Source: an uncultured Gammaproteobacteria bacterium (GTDB lineage Bacteria; Pseudomonadota; Gammaproteobacteria; Methylococcales; Methylomonadaceae). Taken from it: a stretch of DNA of 64,000 bases. Position numbers and translations under genes: made by a program. The notes beneath the pieces were generated by a model that saw only the letters and a program-made list of their open reading frames with translations, was not told where the DNA came from and made no database searches. The stretch lies in assembly GCA_963848675.1 (NCBI GenBank), contig CAWKEY010000038.1, forward strand, positions 19,114 through 83,113, written 5' to 3'. Positions 28,622 through 38,660 of this stretch are shown here, one piece after another (positions within the stretch are counted from its first letter, which is position 1; each line of letters starts with the position of its first letter).

Positions 28622-30529
28622 ATGTATAAACATCTCTACTCAAAATTTTTTTCCCTTTATTCACGACAAGTCCCTGCTACAGGCATCGGCTTTTTCCGGC
28701 TTCTTTACGGACTGATTACTCTACAGGAAATTATTTTCCTGTTATATTTTAATCACCTGATCTTCGATCCTGTCCCCTACATCGATGTAGAGTTTCCGCT
28801 GATCCCCCTTTTTTTATGTATTTGGGGAATCATTGCGGCATTTGTAACTGTCGGCTATCGCTATCAATTTGCAGTTACCTGCAACTACATACTTTGGATC
28901 ATCTTTGTTAACTTCACCCCCATGCAGCGTGATTTTGATGGCGGATTTGACAGCTTCATGATCGGCGCGGGATTCTTTCTGCTTTTGATGCCCGGTGACA
29001 AAGCCTTTTCCATAGACAACCTCAGATACAAACTCTGCACTCCTTTTGTTCATTATAAAGCCTACACAAAACCTACCGTCTCGATCTTAGCTTACTACCT
29101 GCCCATTCTGATTTGCCTTGGCTTTTTATATTTCGACTCTGCCGTGCATAAAATGTTTGCTCCGCACTGGCGCAACGGCCTGGGCTCCTGGTTGCCAGCA
29201 ACGCAACCCTATTACGTATCAGCCCTTGACATGTCATGGCTGCTGAACAAAGAACTCCTGGTAAAAACCATCGGCTATACCATCCTGGTTTTTCAATTTA
29301 GCTTTCCGTTTCTTGTCTTTAAGCGCAATTTACGTGTTATTTATCTGTTAATCGGCATCGGCCTGCACCTTGGCATCACGCTTACATTAAACATTTATCC
29401 CTTTGGCCTGGGGATGGTGATTTTTTATAGCCTTCTGGTTCCATTCAAGTGCTGGCGCTCGCTCGGCAATCTATTAACAGCAAAGCAACCGTCGCTGACC
29501 GTGTTTTTTGATCGCGACTGTCCTTTATGCAATCGAACCGTGCTTATTCTTAATCATTTTGACATTTTTAAATGCATTGACTTTAAAAATGCTCAAGAAA
29601 ACGCAGCTAACTATCCTGCTCTTGCCTCGTTAAAACAAGAAAGCTTGCTGGCCGACCTCTACGCTTTGGACAATAAAAACCGTCTCTACTCGGGAGTGGA
29701 TACCTATATTCATATTTTTCTGCACATGCGCTATCTGATCCCTCCAGGATTAATGATGCGACTTCCGGGAATCTACCACTTCGCGTCGGCAAAATACCGC
29801 ACGATTGCCGACACGCGCAGACGACTCAGTTGCACATCGGAATGCAGCAATGAAAGCATCAGACTGGAAAACAATACGCTTTATCACCGCATTTTTGAGC
29901 GCTACGCAAATCAATACCCCAAAGTTTTTTGTGCAAAGCTGTCTAAAGTATTCATTTTGTTGTTACTCCTACAACTCAACAGTACTCTTCATTACGGCCT
30001 GATTTATAGACTGAATATTGACGTCAAACAAAATCCCATTACCAACTCACTTGCCCAGGCTAGCAACTCACTGTTGATAATCTCGCAAGCCTTTTTGGGC
30101 ATAGTACCCCACGCCCTATACCTGCACGATCATTTTGCCGGCTATGACCATATCTTGGCCATCACCTATATCGATGCGAATGGTATTGAACGCTGGCTGC
30201 CGTTTGTTAATGAACAAGGCCGCTTGCTAGCTCCTAATTGGGGCCGTGTCCACTCGATGTGGGCCAATATTGCTGTCACACCCACCATACATAACACTAG
30301 ACTGAAAAAATTCATCATGAAAGTGACCGCTTTCTGGGGACAAAAAATAGGCTTAAATTTAGAAAACACGCTTTTTCAGATAAAAATGAAAAAAAACAGC
30401 GCGCCATCTTATTGGGTTCATGATCTATTGCACAGCAATCTTGCCTCCCAATGGTCAACCATCGGGACTGCCAAATGGCACAATAACGAGATTGCTATTA
30501 ATCTGCCTGAAGATATAAACACGTTGTAG
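28622..30529 (+). CDS. fusion protein: HTTM (vitamin-K gamma-carboxylase/SdpB-like) membrane domain + DCC-family thiol-disulfide oxidoreductase (DUF393) + unknown C-terminal domain
   Basis: HTTM-type start GIGFFRLLYGLITLQEI with multiple TM helices; DCC motif VFFDRDCPLCNRTVLILNHFD at ~aa 295; about 200 aa of unassigned C-terminus. Confidence 0.7.
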   Translation: MYKHLYSKFFSLYSRQVPATGIGFFRLLYGLITLQEIIFLLYFNHLIFDPVPYIDVEFPLIPLFLCIWGIIAAFVTVGYRYQFAVTCNYILWIIFVNFTPMQRDFDGGFDSFMIGAGFFLLLMPGDKAFSIDNLRYKLCTPFVHYKAYTKPTVSILAYYLPILICLGFLYFDSAVHKMFAPHWRNGLGSWLPATQPYYVSALDMSWLLNKELLVKTIGYTILVFQFSFPFLVFKRNLRVIYLLIGIGLHLGITLTLNIYPFGLGMVIFYSLLVPFKCWRSLGNLLTAKQPSLTVFFDRDCPLCNRTVLILNHFDIFKCIDFKNAQENAANYPALASLKQESLLADLYALDNKNRLYSGVDTYIHIFLHMRYLIPPGLMMRLPGIYHFASAKYRTIADTRRRLSCTSECSNESIRLENNTLYHRIFERYANQYPKVFCAKLSKVFILLLLLQLNSTLHYGLIYRLNIDVKQNPITNSLAQASNSLLIISQAFLGIVPHALYLHDHFAGYDHILAITYIDANGIERWLPFVNEQGRLLAPNWGRVHSMWANIAVTPTIHNTRLKKFIMKVTAFWGQKIGLNLENTLFQIKMKKNSAPSYWVHDLLHSNLASQWSTIGTAKWHNNEIAINLPEDINTL

Positions 30530-30662
30530 AGAGAACCTTGCCAAACAAGAAAATTTTATTATTGCATCACCCATCCGGTCATGATATAAAATAACGGTGC
30601 TTAAGCAAATTAGTGCACAATCTATAACAAAAAATATTTAAACCCTTTTGGAGGATTATATT

Positions 30663-30776
30663 ATGAAAAAAGTTTTATCACTTTTAGCTATGGCTCTTAT
30701 GATTGTTGGCTTAACAGGTTGCATCGACAACCCAGATGAGTCTAAACAAAAAGTTTCAAGCTCTATCTCTTTATAA
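30663..30776 (+). CDS. 37-aa lipoprotein (below the ORF-track length cutoff)
   Basis: A GGAGGA lies 8 nt upstream. The product is MKKVLSLLAMALMIVGLTGCIDNPDESKQKVSSSISL with lipobox LTGC. A textbook terminator follows. Confidence 0.55.
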   Translation: MKKVLSLLAMALMIVGLTGCIDNPDESKQKVSSSISL

Positions 30777-30798
30777 GCTTGTAACAAAATGTAAGCCC

Positions 30799-30828
30799 AA
30801 AAAACCCAGCTTCGGCTGGGTTTTTTGT
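30799..30828 (+). terminator. rho-independent terminator
   Basis: AAAAAACCCAGC-ttcg-GCTGGGTTTTTT. Confidence 0.75.
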
Positions 30829-31264
30829 TTGCCTTCAAAGCACAAAAATAAACGTCCTCCAGCTGGTTTTCAGTTCCTGAAAGCTGTCTAACTCCTAGAA
30901 TAGAACATGTTCTGATCACCCGAAGCCGCTTGCGTCTTCTGCTTATTTGAGCATCGCTGTTAAGTTTCAAACAATCCACGCTTACTCATATCCGGATGGT
31001 CTATTTTCCAAATTCCGGGCGGATTAATCCTTTCGCCTCATGGAAACCAAACCTTAGTGCAGTGATAACAAATTGCCCCAGGGGCGATAGCGCGTGCTTC
31101 GTCGCAACATCTTTCTATTTATGGTGCGCGTAAACACGCCTCGACTGTAAACATAGACACGAACCAAAACTCGGTTTTTTTATCGCCCACCCCGCCCACT
31201 CAGACCGGAGGGGACGGGGTCGAAAAAGCGCCGAATTTTGATGTAAAAAACAGGAGAACCGAAA

Positions 31265-32233
31265 TTACTCTTGCAATTGCTGAATGCCGTCCAGATACCA
31301 TTTGGGCTGGATGCTGATCTTCGGTTTAACAAAATGCCAGACTTCTCTGATCTGCTCGGCTTGACCGCTGGCATCTTCGCGCATAACAGCTTCAAAGAGC
31401 ACAACCGCCTCCAGTTCCGAACCTATCTCTCTGACGTCCAGTAATTCCGCTTCCAGCTTGAGTATGTCGGTACGGTTTTCGGCATCCGAGGCCTTCAGTT
31501 GATCCTGAATTTCGGCGAAGACCTTATCCGTGCTCAAGCTTCTGATTTCGGCCAGATCACGCTCATCCCAGGCTTTTTGCAGATTTTTGTACGCTATTTT
31601 TGCGCCGGCCAGAAAATCCTGCGGCTCAAAGCCCTTGGGGATAACCATTTCACTGAAATCGGCTTCTTGTTGAACATCCGGAGCAGCGGCATCAGAAGCC
31701 AGGGTATTTTTTTGGTCTTTCTTGAACAAAATATCGGTATCAAAACCAGCGCTACTCGCTTGCGCCGGCTCCTGATAAGGCTTGTAAGATGAAACACTGT
31801 CCTGATTATTATCATTCACCGTGCGCTGATAAGCTGGCCGCTGCGCTGCGCCCGCTTTGGCGGCAAACAATTTGTATAGCAGAAAGGCAATGCCGCCCAA
31901 AACCAGAATATCCATGAAGTTAATGTTTTCAAACGCGCCACCAAAAAACATCGCCCCCAGCAAACCACCCAATGCCAGACCGCCCAGCATACCCATTAAA
32001 CCGCCACGGCTGGCCATGCCCTGCTTGGCCGCCTGGTTTTGTTGTGTTGCCTGCTGCTGACTGGCAGATCGTGCCGGCGGCGCTGCCGAGCGTTTGTAAG
32101 GCTGGCTGAACGAGGATTTGCCGCCAAAGGAACTGCCGCCGCCAAAGCGCTTGGCCTCTGCATCTGAAATACTGCCCAAGGATAAGGACAGGCCAATTAA
32201 TAAAGTAGCCATAATGCCGATAGTTTTATTCAT
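31265..32233 (-). CDS. Tim44-like domain protein
   Basis: Signal/TM N-terminus MNKTIGIMATLLIGLS, a G/S-rich linker, a TM segment, and a C-terminal Tim44-like domain (start taken at the second Met). Confidence 0.65.
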   Translation of the reverse strand: MNKTIGIMATLLIGLSLSLGSISDAEAKRFGGGSSFGGKSSFSQPYKRSAAPPARSASQQQATQQNQAAKQGMASRGGLMGMLGGLALGGLLGAMFFGGAFENINFMDILVLGGIAFLLYKLFAAKAGAAQRPAYQRTVNDNNQDSVSSYKPYQEPAQASSAGFDTDILFKKDQKNTLASDAAAPDVQQEADFSEMVIPKGFEPQDFLAGAKIAYKNLQKAWDERDLAEIRSLSTDKVFAEIQDQLKASDAENRTDILKLEAELLDVREIGSELEAVVLFEAVMREDASGQAEQIREVWHFVKPKISIQPKWYLDGIQQLQE

Positions 32234-32340
32234 AATACTCACAAGGTTAAACGCATTAAAATTCATATTTGATTAAGGTTGGGGCGGATAATGCAGGTTT
32301 CAAGTTGTTAATTGCATTTTTATAGCATAGCATTATTCGT

Positions 32341-32742
32341 ATGTCTCTCTCATTCCGTCCGCTTATTGTCATCTCGCTCATGCTGCTGCAATTTATTGCG
32401 CCGCTGACGCACGCCCATGCCGGCAAACATATTGCCAAGATAGGTCTGCATGTCCCCGGCCTGGAAACATTCAGTGCTGTAGATGACTTACCAGGCTTTC
32501 AGACAGCAGATGATTACTCCAGTTCAGATACCGTCCTTTTTGGAGTCGGCGCCGGCATTACACAAAGCCAGAATACGCCCTCTGCCGCTCCCGATAACAG
32601 TTATTACCTTGTACAATCAATAGCGCTTATTCCGCCTCCACTTTCGGCTTTCAACACCTCGTTATCGCCGCGCTCGCCGCCGATTGCAGGGGTTTTATCC
32701 ATGCCATCGCACACCCCTCGCGCACCACCCGCTCAGCTATAA
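32341..32742 (+). CDS. hypothetical exported protein upstream of the RND operon
   Basis: N-terminal hydrophobic segment LIVISLMLLQFIAPLTHAHA and a proline-rich tail. Possibly DUF2946-like, but I am not confident. Confidence 0.4.
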   Translation: MSLSFRPLIVISLMLLQFIAPLTHAHAGKHIAKIGLHVPGLETFSAVDDLPGFQTADDYSSSDTVLFGVGAGITQSQNTPSAAPDNSYYLVQSIALIPPPLSAFNTSLSPRSPPIAGVLSMPSHTPRAPPAQL

Positions 32743-32839
32743 TCAAGCCTCTGATTTTTCAAGTTCTATAGCAGAACCTTGTTGATTTTATTTCTAATCG
32801 TTACTTTTAACGCGGCACCAACCGCGACCGGAGCTTTAT

Positions 32840-34091
32840 ATGCTTGCTCTTAACCTCATCCGTGGCTGCCTGCCCGTTTATATGCTGGCAACTTCGCTGG
32901 GTTTTGCAGAATCGACACCTGTTGTCACCCATCACGACCCCATTGAAATTGATGCGACCCTGACTTTAGCCAAAGTCATCGACCTGACCCTGGAAAAATA
33001 TCCGGATACCAGCTGGCTTAAAGCACTGGAAGAAGAAGCCGCGGCGATTGCTCAGCGCAGTCAAAGCTGGACAGCAGGTGCATCACAAGCATCAGTCGGC
33101 TATCAATCAATTTCCTCGTTCAGACTGAATTATGCGACTGCGAATGTGCAGGTGCCGCTATGGAATCTAGGGCAACGTGACGCAGAACATAAGCTGGCCA
33201 ATCAGGCTGAAAGCAGCGCTCAGTTGCAAGCAGCGGGGATTAAATTACGCGTCGCGGGATTGGTTAGGGGCGCTTTGTGGGATATGGCCCTGGCGAAAAT
33301 TCGTTTCGAACAGGCGCAAGTGGAGCTGGACGTTTATGCACAATTATTAAATAAAATCCAGCGTCGCGTTGAACTGGGAGATCTGCCTCGTGCCGATGAA
33401 TTATTGGCACAAACAGAGTTGCTGCAAAAACGTTCCGTGTTACACCCTGGCTGAAGCAGAACTGATGCACGCTCGCAAACGTTACACCACCATTACCCAA
33501 ATGACCAAAGTGCCGAACATCTATGAAGAAAACCTGGCGGCATTAAAGGAAATCGGGCAAAACCATCCGACCCTGGTCGCGATTAACAGTCAGATTGAGC
33601 GTAAACAAGCTCAGATTAATGCCATTAAATCAATAGGTTCGGGTCAAACTAATGTCATCGCTGGTATATTAAGTGATGAAGGCGTTGATTCGCGTAGTAA
33701 TAGAGCGGAATTTTTCAATGTCGGGGTGAGCATTCCTTTTGGCGGCAGCGCTCATTTACAGCCGCACATTGCGGCTGTAAATGTTGAATTAAACAAATTA
33801 ATCGCCGAACGTGAACAACTTTATCGCGATCTGGAACAGGCGCATCACGAAGCGGAACATAATCTGGAAGTTAATCGAGTCGAATTGGACACTGCCAATG
33901 AGCAGAAAAAGCTTTCTGAAGAATTGTTAAACATGTCCCAGCTGGCTTTTTCTGTGGGTGAAATTAATCTGATGGATTTATTAAAAATCGAGTCCCGGAC
34001 ACAACAAGCCATTCTGAATGCGAAAGAACGCGCGGTCATGTTACAGAGAGATCAGGCGCTTTATAACCAGGCCGTCGGAGTATTGCCATGA
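32840..34091 (+). pseudogene. outer-membrane efflux factor (CzcC/TolC family), frameshifted
   Basis: Two overlapping ORFs (32840-33454 and 33369-34091) together make one ~415-aa outer-membrane factor. The frames switch near 33435-33445 (...ELLQKRS / LAEAELMHARKRY...). Confidence 0.7.
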
Positions 34092-35296
34092 AAATCATGA
34101 AATCATTAAGGGCCAAGGCGCAAGACACAAGGTTTAAAGAACAAAATAATCGAGCCGATCCCTTCGACTGCGCTCAGGACGGCTTTAGTCACCTTTCTAC
34201 AGTATTGGCTGTGTGCTTTACCCTTGCTTTTGCAAGTGCCTGTCTGGCTGCTCCTGCGCCTGAAAATGCCATTCAAATAAGCACTGAACAGATCGCCAAT
34301 CTGGGCGTAAAACTGGGAAAACTGACGCCTGCTCAACACATTCCAGGGCTTTATGCACCGGCCAAAGTGGTCATTCCACCCAGCCATGAATATGTCGTCA
34401 GTGCATCTGCGGCAGGCGTAATCAATCAACTGTTGGTAGCGGTGGGTGATAAAGTCGAAAAGGGGGCTGTGCTGGCCCGGATAAGCAGCCCGGATCTGTT
34501 GATGCTGCAGCAGCAATATCTTAAAGCACTCAGCGAACTGCAGCTCAGCCAGACAATTTATAATCGCGATCAAAAAATGCTTTCGGAGGGTATTATTGCC
34601 GACCGGCGCTGGCAGGAAACCCGCAGCCAGCATAGCACGCTGGTCTCTGCCGCTCATGAAGCCCGGCAATTGCTCGCCATCGCGGGCATGCCCGAAGCGG
34701 ATCTCAACCGCCTAGCCAAAACGCGGCGCTTCAACAGTGCGCTCACGGTCACTGCGCCCATTTCCGGTGTCGTCCTGGAGCGTTTAGCGGCGACCGGAGA
34801 GCGCATCAACAATTTGGCGCCCTTATACCGCATCGCCAGTCTTGACGAGCTTTGGCTGGACATCAATATTCCGCAGGAACGCATCGGCAGCATCAAAGCC
34901 GGTGATCAGGTCGCTGTTGAAAATACCGGACTGAGTGCGCACATCAGTTTACTGGGGCAAAGCGTCAATCCCGAAAATCAGACCTTGCTGGCCAGGGCGG
35001 TTATCAAGGGCAAATCAACCGCCATCCGCCCAGGACAAAAAGTGACTGTTCAGATTATTCAACCCATGGAAAAAACAGCTTTTAAAGTGCCGAACACGGG
35101 CATTGCCCAGAACGAAGGCAAGGCCTTTATCTTTGTCCGCACCGAACAGGGCTTCAGCGTCACCCCGGTCACCGTAATCGGCAAACAAGAGACTGACTCG
35201 ATCATTACCGGCGATTTGCAAGGCAATGAAGACATCGCGATGAATGGCGCCGTCGCCTTGAAAGCAAACTGGCTGGGACTGGGGAGTGAAGAATAA
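34088..35296 (+). CDS. RND efflux periplasmic adaptor (CzcB/HlyD family)
   Basis: 402 aa with lipoyl/beta-barrel signature segments; ATGA overlap with the upstream gene. Confidence 0.85.
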   Translation: MKIMKSLRAKAQDTRFKEQNNRADPFDCAQDGFSHLSTVLAVCFTLAFASACLAAPAPENAIQISTEQIANLGVKLGKLTPAQHIPGLYAPAKVVIPPSHEYVVSASAAGVINQLLVAVGDKVEKGAVLARISSPDLLMLQQQYLKALSELQLSQTIYNRDQKMLSEGIIADRRWQETRSQHSTLVSAAHEARQLLAIAGMPEADLNRLAKTRRFNSALTVTAPISGVVLERLAATGERINNLAPLYRIASLDELWLDINIPQERIGSIKAGDQVAVENTGLSAHISLLGQSVNPENQTLLARAVIKGKSTAIRPGQKVTVQIIQPMEKTAFKVPNTGIAQNEGKAFIFVRTEQGFSVTPVTVIGKQETDSIITGDLQGNEDIAMNGAVALKANWLGLGSEE

Positions 35297-38200
35297 TGGC
35301 TAACCTGATTCGCTTTGCGCTGAGTCAGCGGATACTCATCATGTTGTCGATACTGCTGTTATCAGGCGGCGGTTATTATGCGTTTAAAAACATCCCCATT
35401 GACGCTTTTCCTGAAGTGTCGCCCACGCAGGTCAAAATCGTTGTTAAAGCGGCCGGCATGACCCCGGAAGAGGTTGAGACCCGCATTACCGCGCCGATAG
35501 AAGTTGAGCTGCTGGGCATTCCTCATCAAGCCATGCTGCGCTCGATTGCCAAATATGCCCTGACCGATATTACCGTCGATTTTGAAGAAGGCACCGACAT
35601 TTACTGGGCGCGCCAGCAAATTGCCGAACGCCTGAACACCATGTGGGGTGATTTGCCTGCGGGTGTTTCGGGCGGTATTGCGCCGATGACGACGCCCTTG
35701 GGCGAGATGTTCATGTTTTCCATAGAGGGCGGCGATCTCAGCCTGATGGAACGGCGCAGTCTGCTGGATTGGGTCATCCGTCCGGCGCTCAGAACCGTAC
35801 CGGGCGTTGCCGACGTCAACTCTTTGGGGGGTTTGGTCAGAAGTTTTGAGGTTATGCCCGATAACACACGCATGGCGGCCAGAAATATCGGCATCGATCA
35901 ACTGGTCGCCGCCTTACAAAGCAACAATCGTAATGACGGCGCCGGCCGTTTGACCGATGGCGAAGAAACGCTGATAGTGCGCGCCGAAGGCCGCATCAAA
36001 ACCCTGGCGGACGTCAGCGCCATCGTGGTGGCTAACCATAACGGCACCCCCATTAGCGTAGGCGATGTCGCCGATATTAACATCGGCGCCCTTACCCGCT
36101 ATGGCGCGGTCAGTAAAAATGGCCAGGGCGAATCGGTCACCGGCCTGGTGCTGAGTTTGCGTGGCGCCAATGCCCGGCAAACCATCATCGAGCTCCAGAA
36201 AAAGCTGGACACCATCAGCGCCGGTTTCCCGCCCGGGGTAAAAGCCCAGGTTTTTTATAACCGCGGGGTTCTGGTCGACAAGGCCGTGCATACGGTCGCC
36301 AAAGCTTTGCTGGAAGCCATTGTACTGGTAGTGATTTTGCTGCTGCTGTTTCTGGGCAATTTGCGGGCAGCGTTAACCGTTGCCCTGGCCTTGCCTCTGG
36401 CAGCCTTAGTGACGTTTATCCTGATGCAATACATGGGGATGTCGGCCAATCTGATGAGCCTCGGCGGCCTGGCCATTGCCATTGGTATGCTGGTGGATGC
36501 GGCCGTGGTGGTGGTGGAAAACGTCATCACCCATCTGGCGCACACCGAAAAAGCCCAGCGCTTGCCAAAACTGCATGTCATTTACCGGGCCACGCGCGAA
36601 GTGGCGGCGCCGGTGACGTCCGGGATTTTAATCATCATTATCGTATTTTTACCGTTACTAACCCTGCAAGGACTGGAAGGCAAATTATTTACCCCGGTGG
36701 CTTTAACCATCGTGTTTGCACTCAGCGGCTCGCTGATCTTGTCGCTAACGGTGATCCCGGTACTGGCTTCCTATCTGCTGAAAGAGGTTTCTCATGAGGA
36801 GCCCTGGCTGCCCAGGCAATTGCAGAAACTGTACCAGCCGTCTTTATTGTGGTGCATGGCAAACAGTAAAAAAGTGTTTATCGCCGCAGGTGCCTTGCTG
36901 GCAATCACTGTGCTGATATTTACGCAGATAGGCAGTACCTTTATGCCGACCCTGGATGAAGGCGATATTATTGTCCAGCTGGAAAAATTGCCGTCGATTA
37001 CGCTGGCGCAATCGGTGGCGCTGGATGGTCAGGTGCAAAAAAACCTGCTCAAAAATATTCCTGAAGTCATTGACGTGGTGTCGCGTGTCGGCACCGATGA
37101 GCTGGGGCTGGATCCCATGAGCTTGAATGATACCGATACCTTTCTGATCCTGAAGCCTAAGGATCAATGGCGTATGCGCACCAAAGAAGCGCTGATTGAA
37201 GAAATTCGCAAAGTCATGGCGGCAACGCCCGGCATTGCCTTCAAATTTACCCAGCCGATTGAAATGCGGGTTTCGGAAATGCTGACCGGCACCCGCGGAG
37301 ATGTCGCCGTCAAATTGTTTGGCCCCGACCTGGATGTACTGAATGAAAAAGCCGCACAGATAGCCGCCGTCTTGAAAACCATAGCCGGATCATCGGACGT
37401 CTTTACCAAACAGAATGAAGGCATGCAGTTTCTGCAATTAAGCATCGACAAAGCCGCGGCCGGGCGTCTGGGTCTGAACAGCGACCATATTGAAACCGTG
37501 CTGCGGGCGCAGATCGAAGGCTTGAATCTGGGCATCGTGCAGGAAGGTATTAAACGCACACCGTTGATTGTGCGCGGCGACAGCAATACTGCTCGCTTTG
37601 ACAATCTGCAAATCACCCTGCCCAATGGCGGGCATGTGCCGATAACGGCCGTTGCCAGAGTTGCCAAAGTGGAAGGCGTGGTCTCCGTGGAACGGGAGCG
37701 CGGGCAGCGCTTTGTCGTCATCAGCAGCAACGTGCAGAATCGCGACCTGGTCGGCTTTGTCGATGAAGCCCGTTTAACGGTGGCCGAGAAAGTGCCCTTG
37801 CCAACCGGATATTCCGTTGAATTTGGCGGCCAGTTTGAAAATCAGCAACGTGCCGCCGCACGGCTGTCATTGGTGATTCCAGTTTCGCTGGGACTGATTT
37901 TTTTGTTGCTGTTTTCTACCTTCGGTTCCGTCCGTCAGGCCACGCTGGTGCTATCCAACATCCCGCTGGCCATGATCGGCGGCGTGTTTGCATTGTGGCT
38001 GTCCGGTGAATATTTATCCGTGCCGGCCTCGGTAGGCTTCATCGCGCTGCTGGGGATTGCTGTGCTTAATGGCGTGGTCATGGTGACGTATTTCAACCAG
38101 CTGCGGGCTACCGGCATGGACATGGCGAAAGTCGTCATTATCGGCTCCGCACGCCGCTTACGGCCCGTGCTGATGACGGCCAGCATTGCCGCATTCGGCC

Positions 38201-38358
38201 TCATACCCTTATTGTTTGCGAGCGGGCCCGGCTCCGAAATTCAGCGCCCGCTGGCCATCGTGGTGATAGGCGGACTGGTGTCGTCAACCTTCCTAACCTT
38301 GTTCCTGCTACCGATTCTGTTTAAATTATTTGGCCAGGCCAAGGAGATTGAAGCATGA
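35296..38358 (+). CDS. heavy-metal efflux RND pump, CzcA/CusA family
   Basis: 1020 aa with 12-TM architecture and a conserved N-terminus (LIRFALSQRILIML...IDAFPEVSPTQV). Confidence 0.95.
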   Translation: MANLIRFALSQRILIMLSILLLSGGGYYAFKNIPIDAFPEVSPTQVKIVVKAAGMTPEEVETRITAPIEVELLGIPHQAMLRSIAKYALTDITVDFEEGTDIYWARQQIAERLNTMWGDLPAGVSGGIAPMTTPLGEMFMFSIEGGDLSLMERRSLLDWVIRPALRTVPGVADVNSLGGLVRSFEVMPDNTRMAARNIGIDQLVAALQSNNRNDGAGRLTDGEETLIVRAEGRIKTLADVSAIVVANHNGTPISVGDVADINIGALTRYGAVSKNGQGESVTGLVLSLRGANARQTIIELQKKLDTISAGFPPGVKAQVFYNRGVLVDKAVHTVAKALLEAIVLVVILLLLFLGNLRAALTVALALPLAALVTFILMQYMGMSANLMSLGGLAIAIGMLVDAAVVVVENVITHLAHTEKAQRLPKLHVIYRATREVAAPVTSGILIIIIVFLPLLTLQGLEGKLFTPVALTIVFALSGSLILSLTVIPVLASYLLKEVSHEEPWLPRQLQKLYQPSLLWCMANSKKVFIAAGALLAITVLIFTQIGSTFMPTLDEGDIIVQLEKLPSITLAQSVALDGQVQKNLLKNIPEVIDVVSRVGTDELGLDPMSLNDTDTFLILKPKDQWRMRTKEALIEEIRKVMAATPGIAFKFTQPIEMRVSEMLTGTRGDVAVKLFGPDLDVLNEKAAQIAAVLKTIAGSSDVFTKQNEGMQFLQLSIDKAAAGRLGLNSDHIETVLRAQIEGLNLGIVQEGIKRTPLIVRGDSNTARFDNLQITLPNGGHVPITAVARVAKVEGVVSVERERGQRFVVISSNVQNRDLVGFVDEARLTVAEKVPLPTGYSVEFGGQFENQQRAAARLSLVIPVSLGLIFLLLFSTFGSVRQATLVLSNIPLAMIGGVFALWLSGEYLSVPASVGFIALLGIAVLNGVVMVTYFNQLRATGMDMAKVVIIGSARRLRPVLMTASIAAFGLIPLLFASGPGSEIQRPLAIVVIGGLVSSTFLTLFLLPILFKLFGQAKEIEA

Positions 38359-38660
38359 GCACTCAGGAATATTTAGTGACCCTGAATGTACCGCCTGGTC
38401 TTGAGGAAATGGTCGTCGATTGTCTGTTGATGCTGGAATCCGAACATGGCTTCAGCAGTTTTCCCGTCAGCGCGCATGACCATCGCAACGAAGGCCTGTC
38501 ATTAGCCGAACAAGTGACCGGCCGCCAGAAAAAAATTCGTTTTCAGATGTATGTGCCCGAACAGGGATTATTGGTTTTATTGGCCCGCTTAAGACAGGAC
38601 TTTTCCGGCTCGGGCATTCATTACTGGGTTATGCCGGTAATTGAAAAGGGTATCATTTGA
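38355..38660 (+). CDS. DUF3240-type small protein (often found after czcA)
   Basis: 101 aa with a 4-nt overlap with the pump gene; family recognised by eye only. Confidence 0.55.
   Translation: MSTQEYLVTLNVPPGLEEMVVDCLLMLESEHGFSSFPVSAHDHRNEGLSLAEQVTGRQKKIRFQMYVPEQGLLVLLARLRQDFSGSGIHYWVMPVIEKGII

Noticed and set aside
31180-31262. GC-rich imperfect hairpin CCCCGCCCACTC...GAGGGGACGGGG downstream of the Tim44-like gene
   Set aside because: The T-runs lie 5' of the stem on both strands, so it does not fit an intrinsic terminator. No other copy was seen.
34130-34190. CCCTTCGACTGCGCTCAGGAC (translated PFDCAQDGF) in the 5' part of the RND adaptor gene, reminiscent of a widespread repeat-derived peptide
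   Set aside because: It is a single ~25-nt match with no partner arm, so this cannot be distinguished from chance. It may only mean the true start codon is further downstream.
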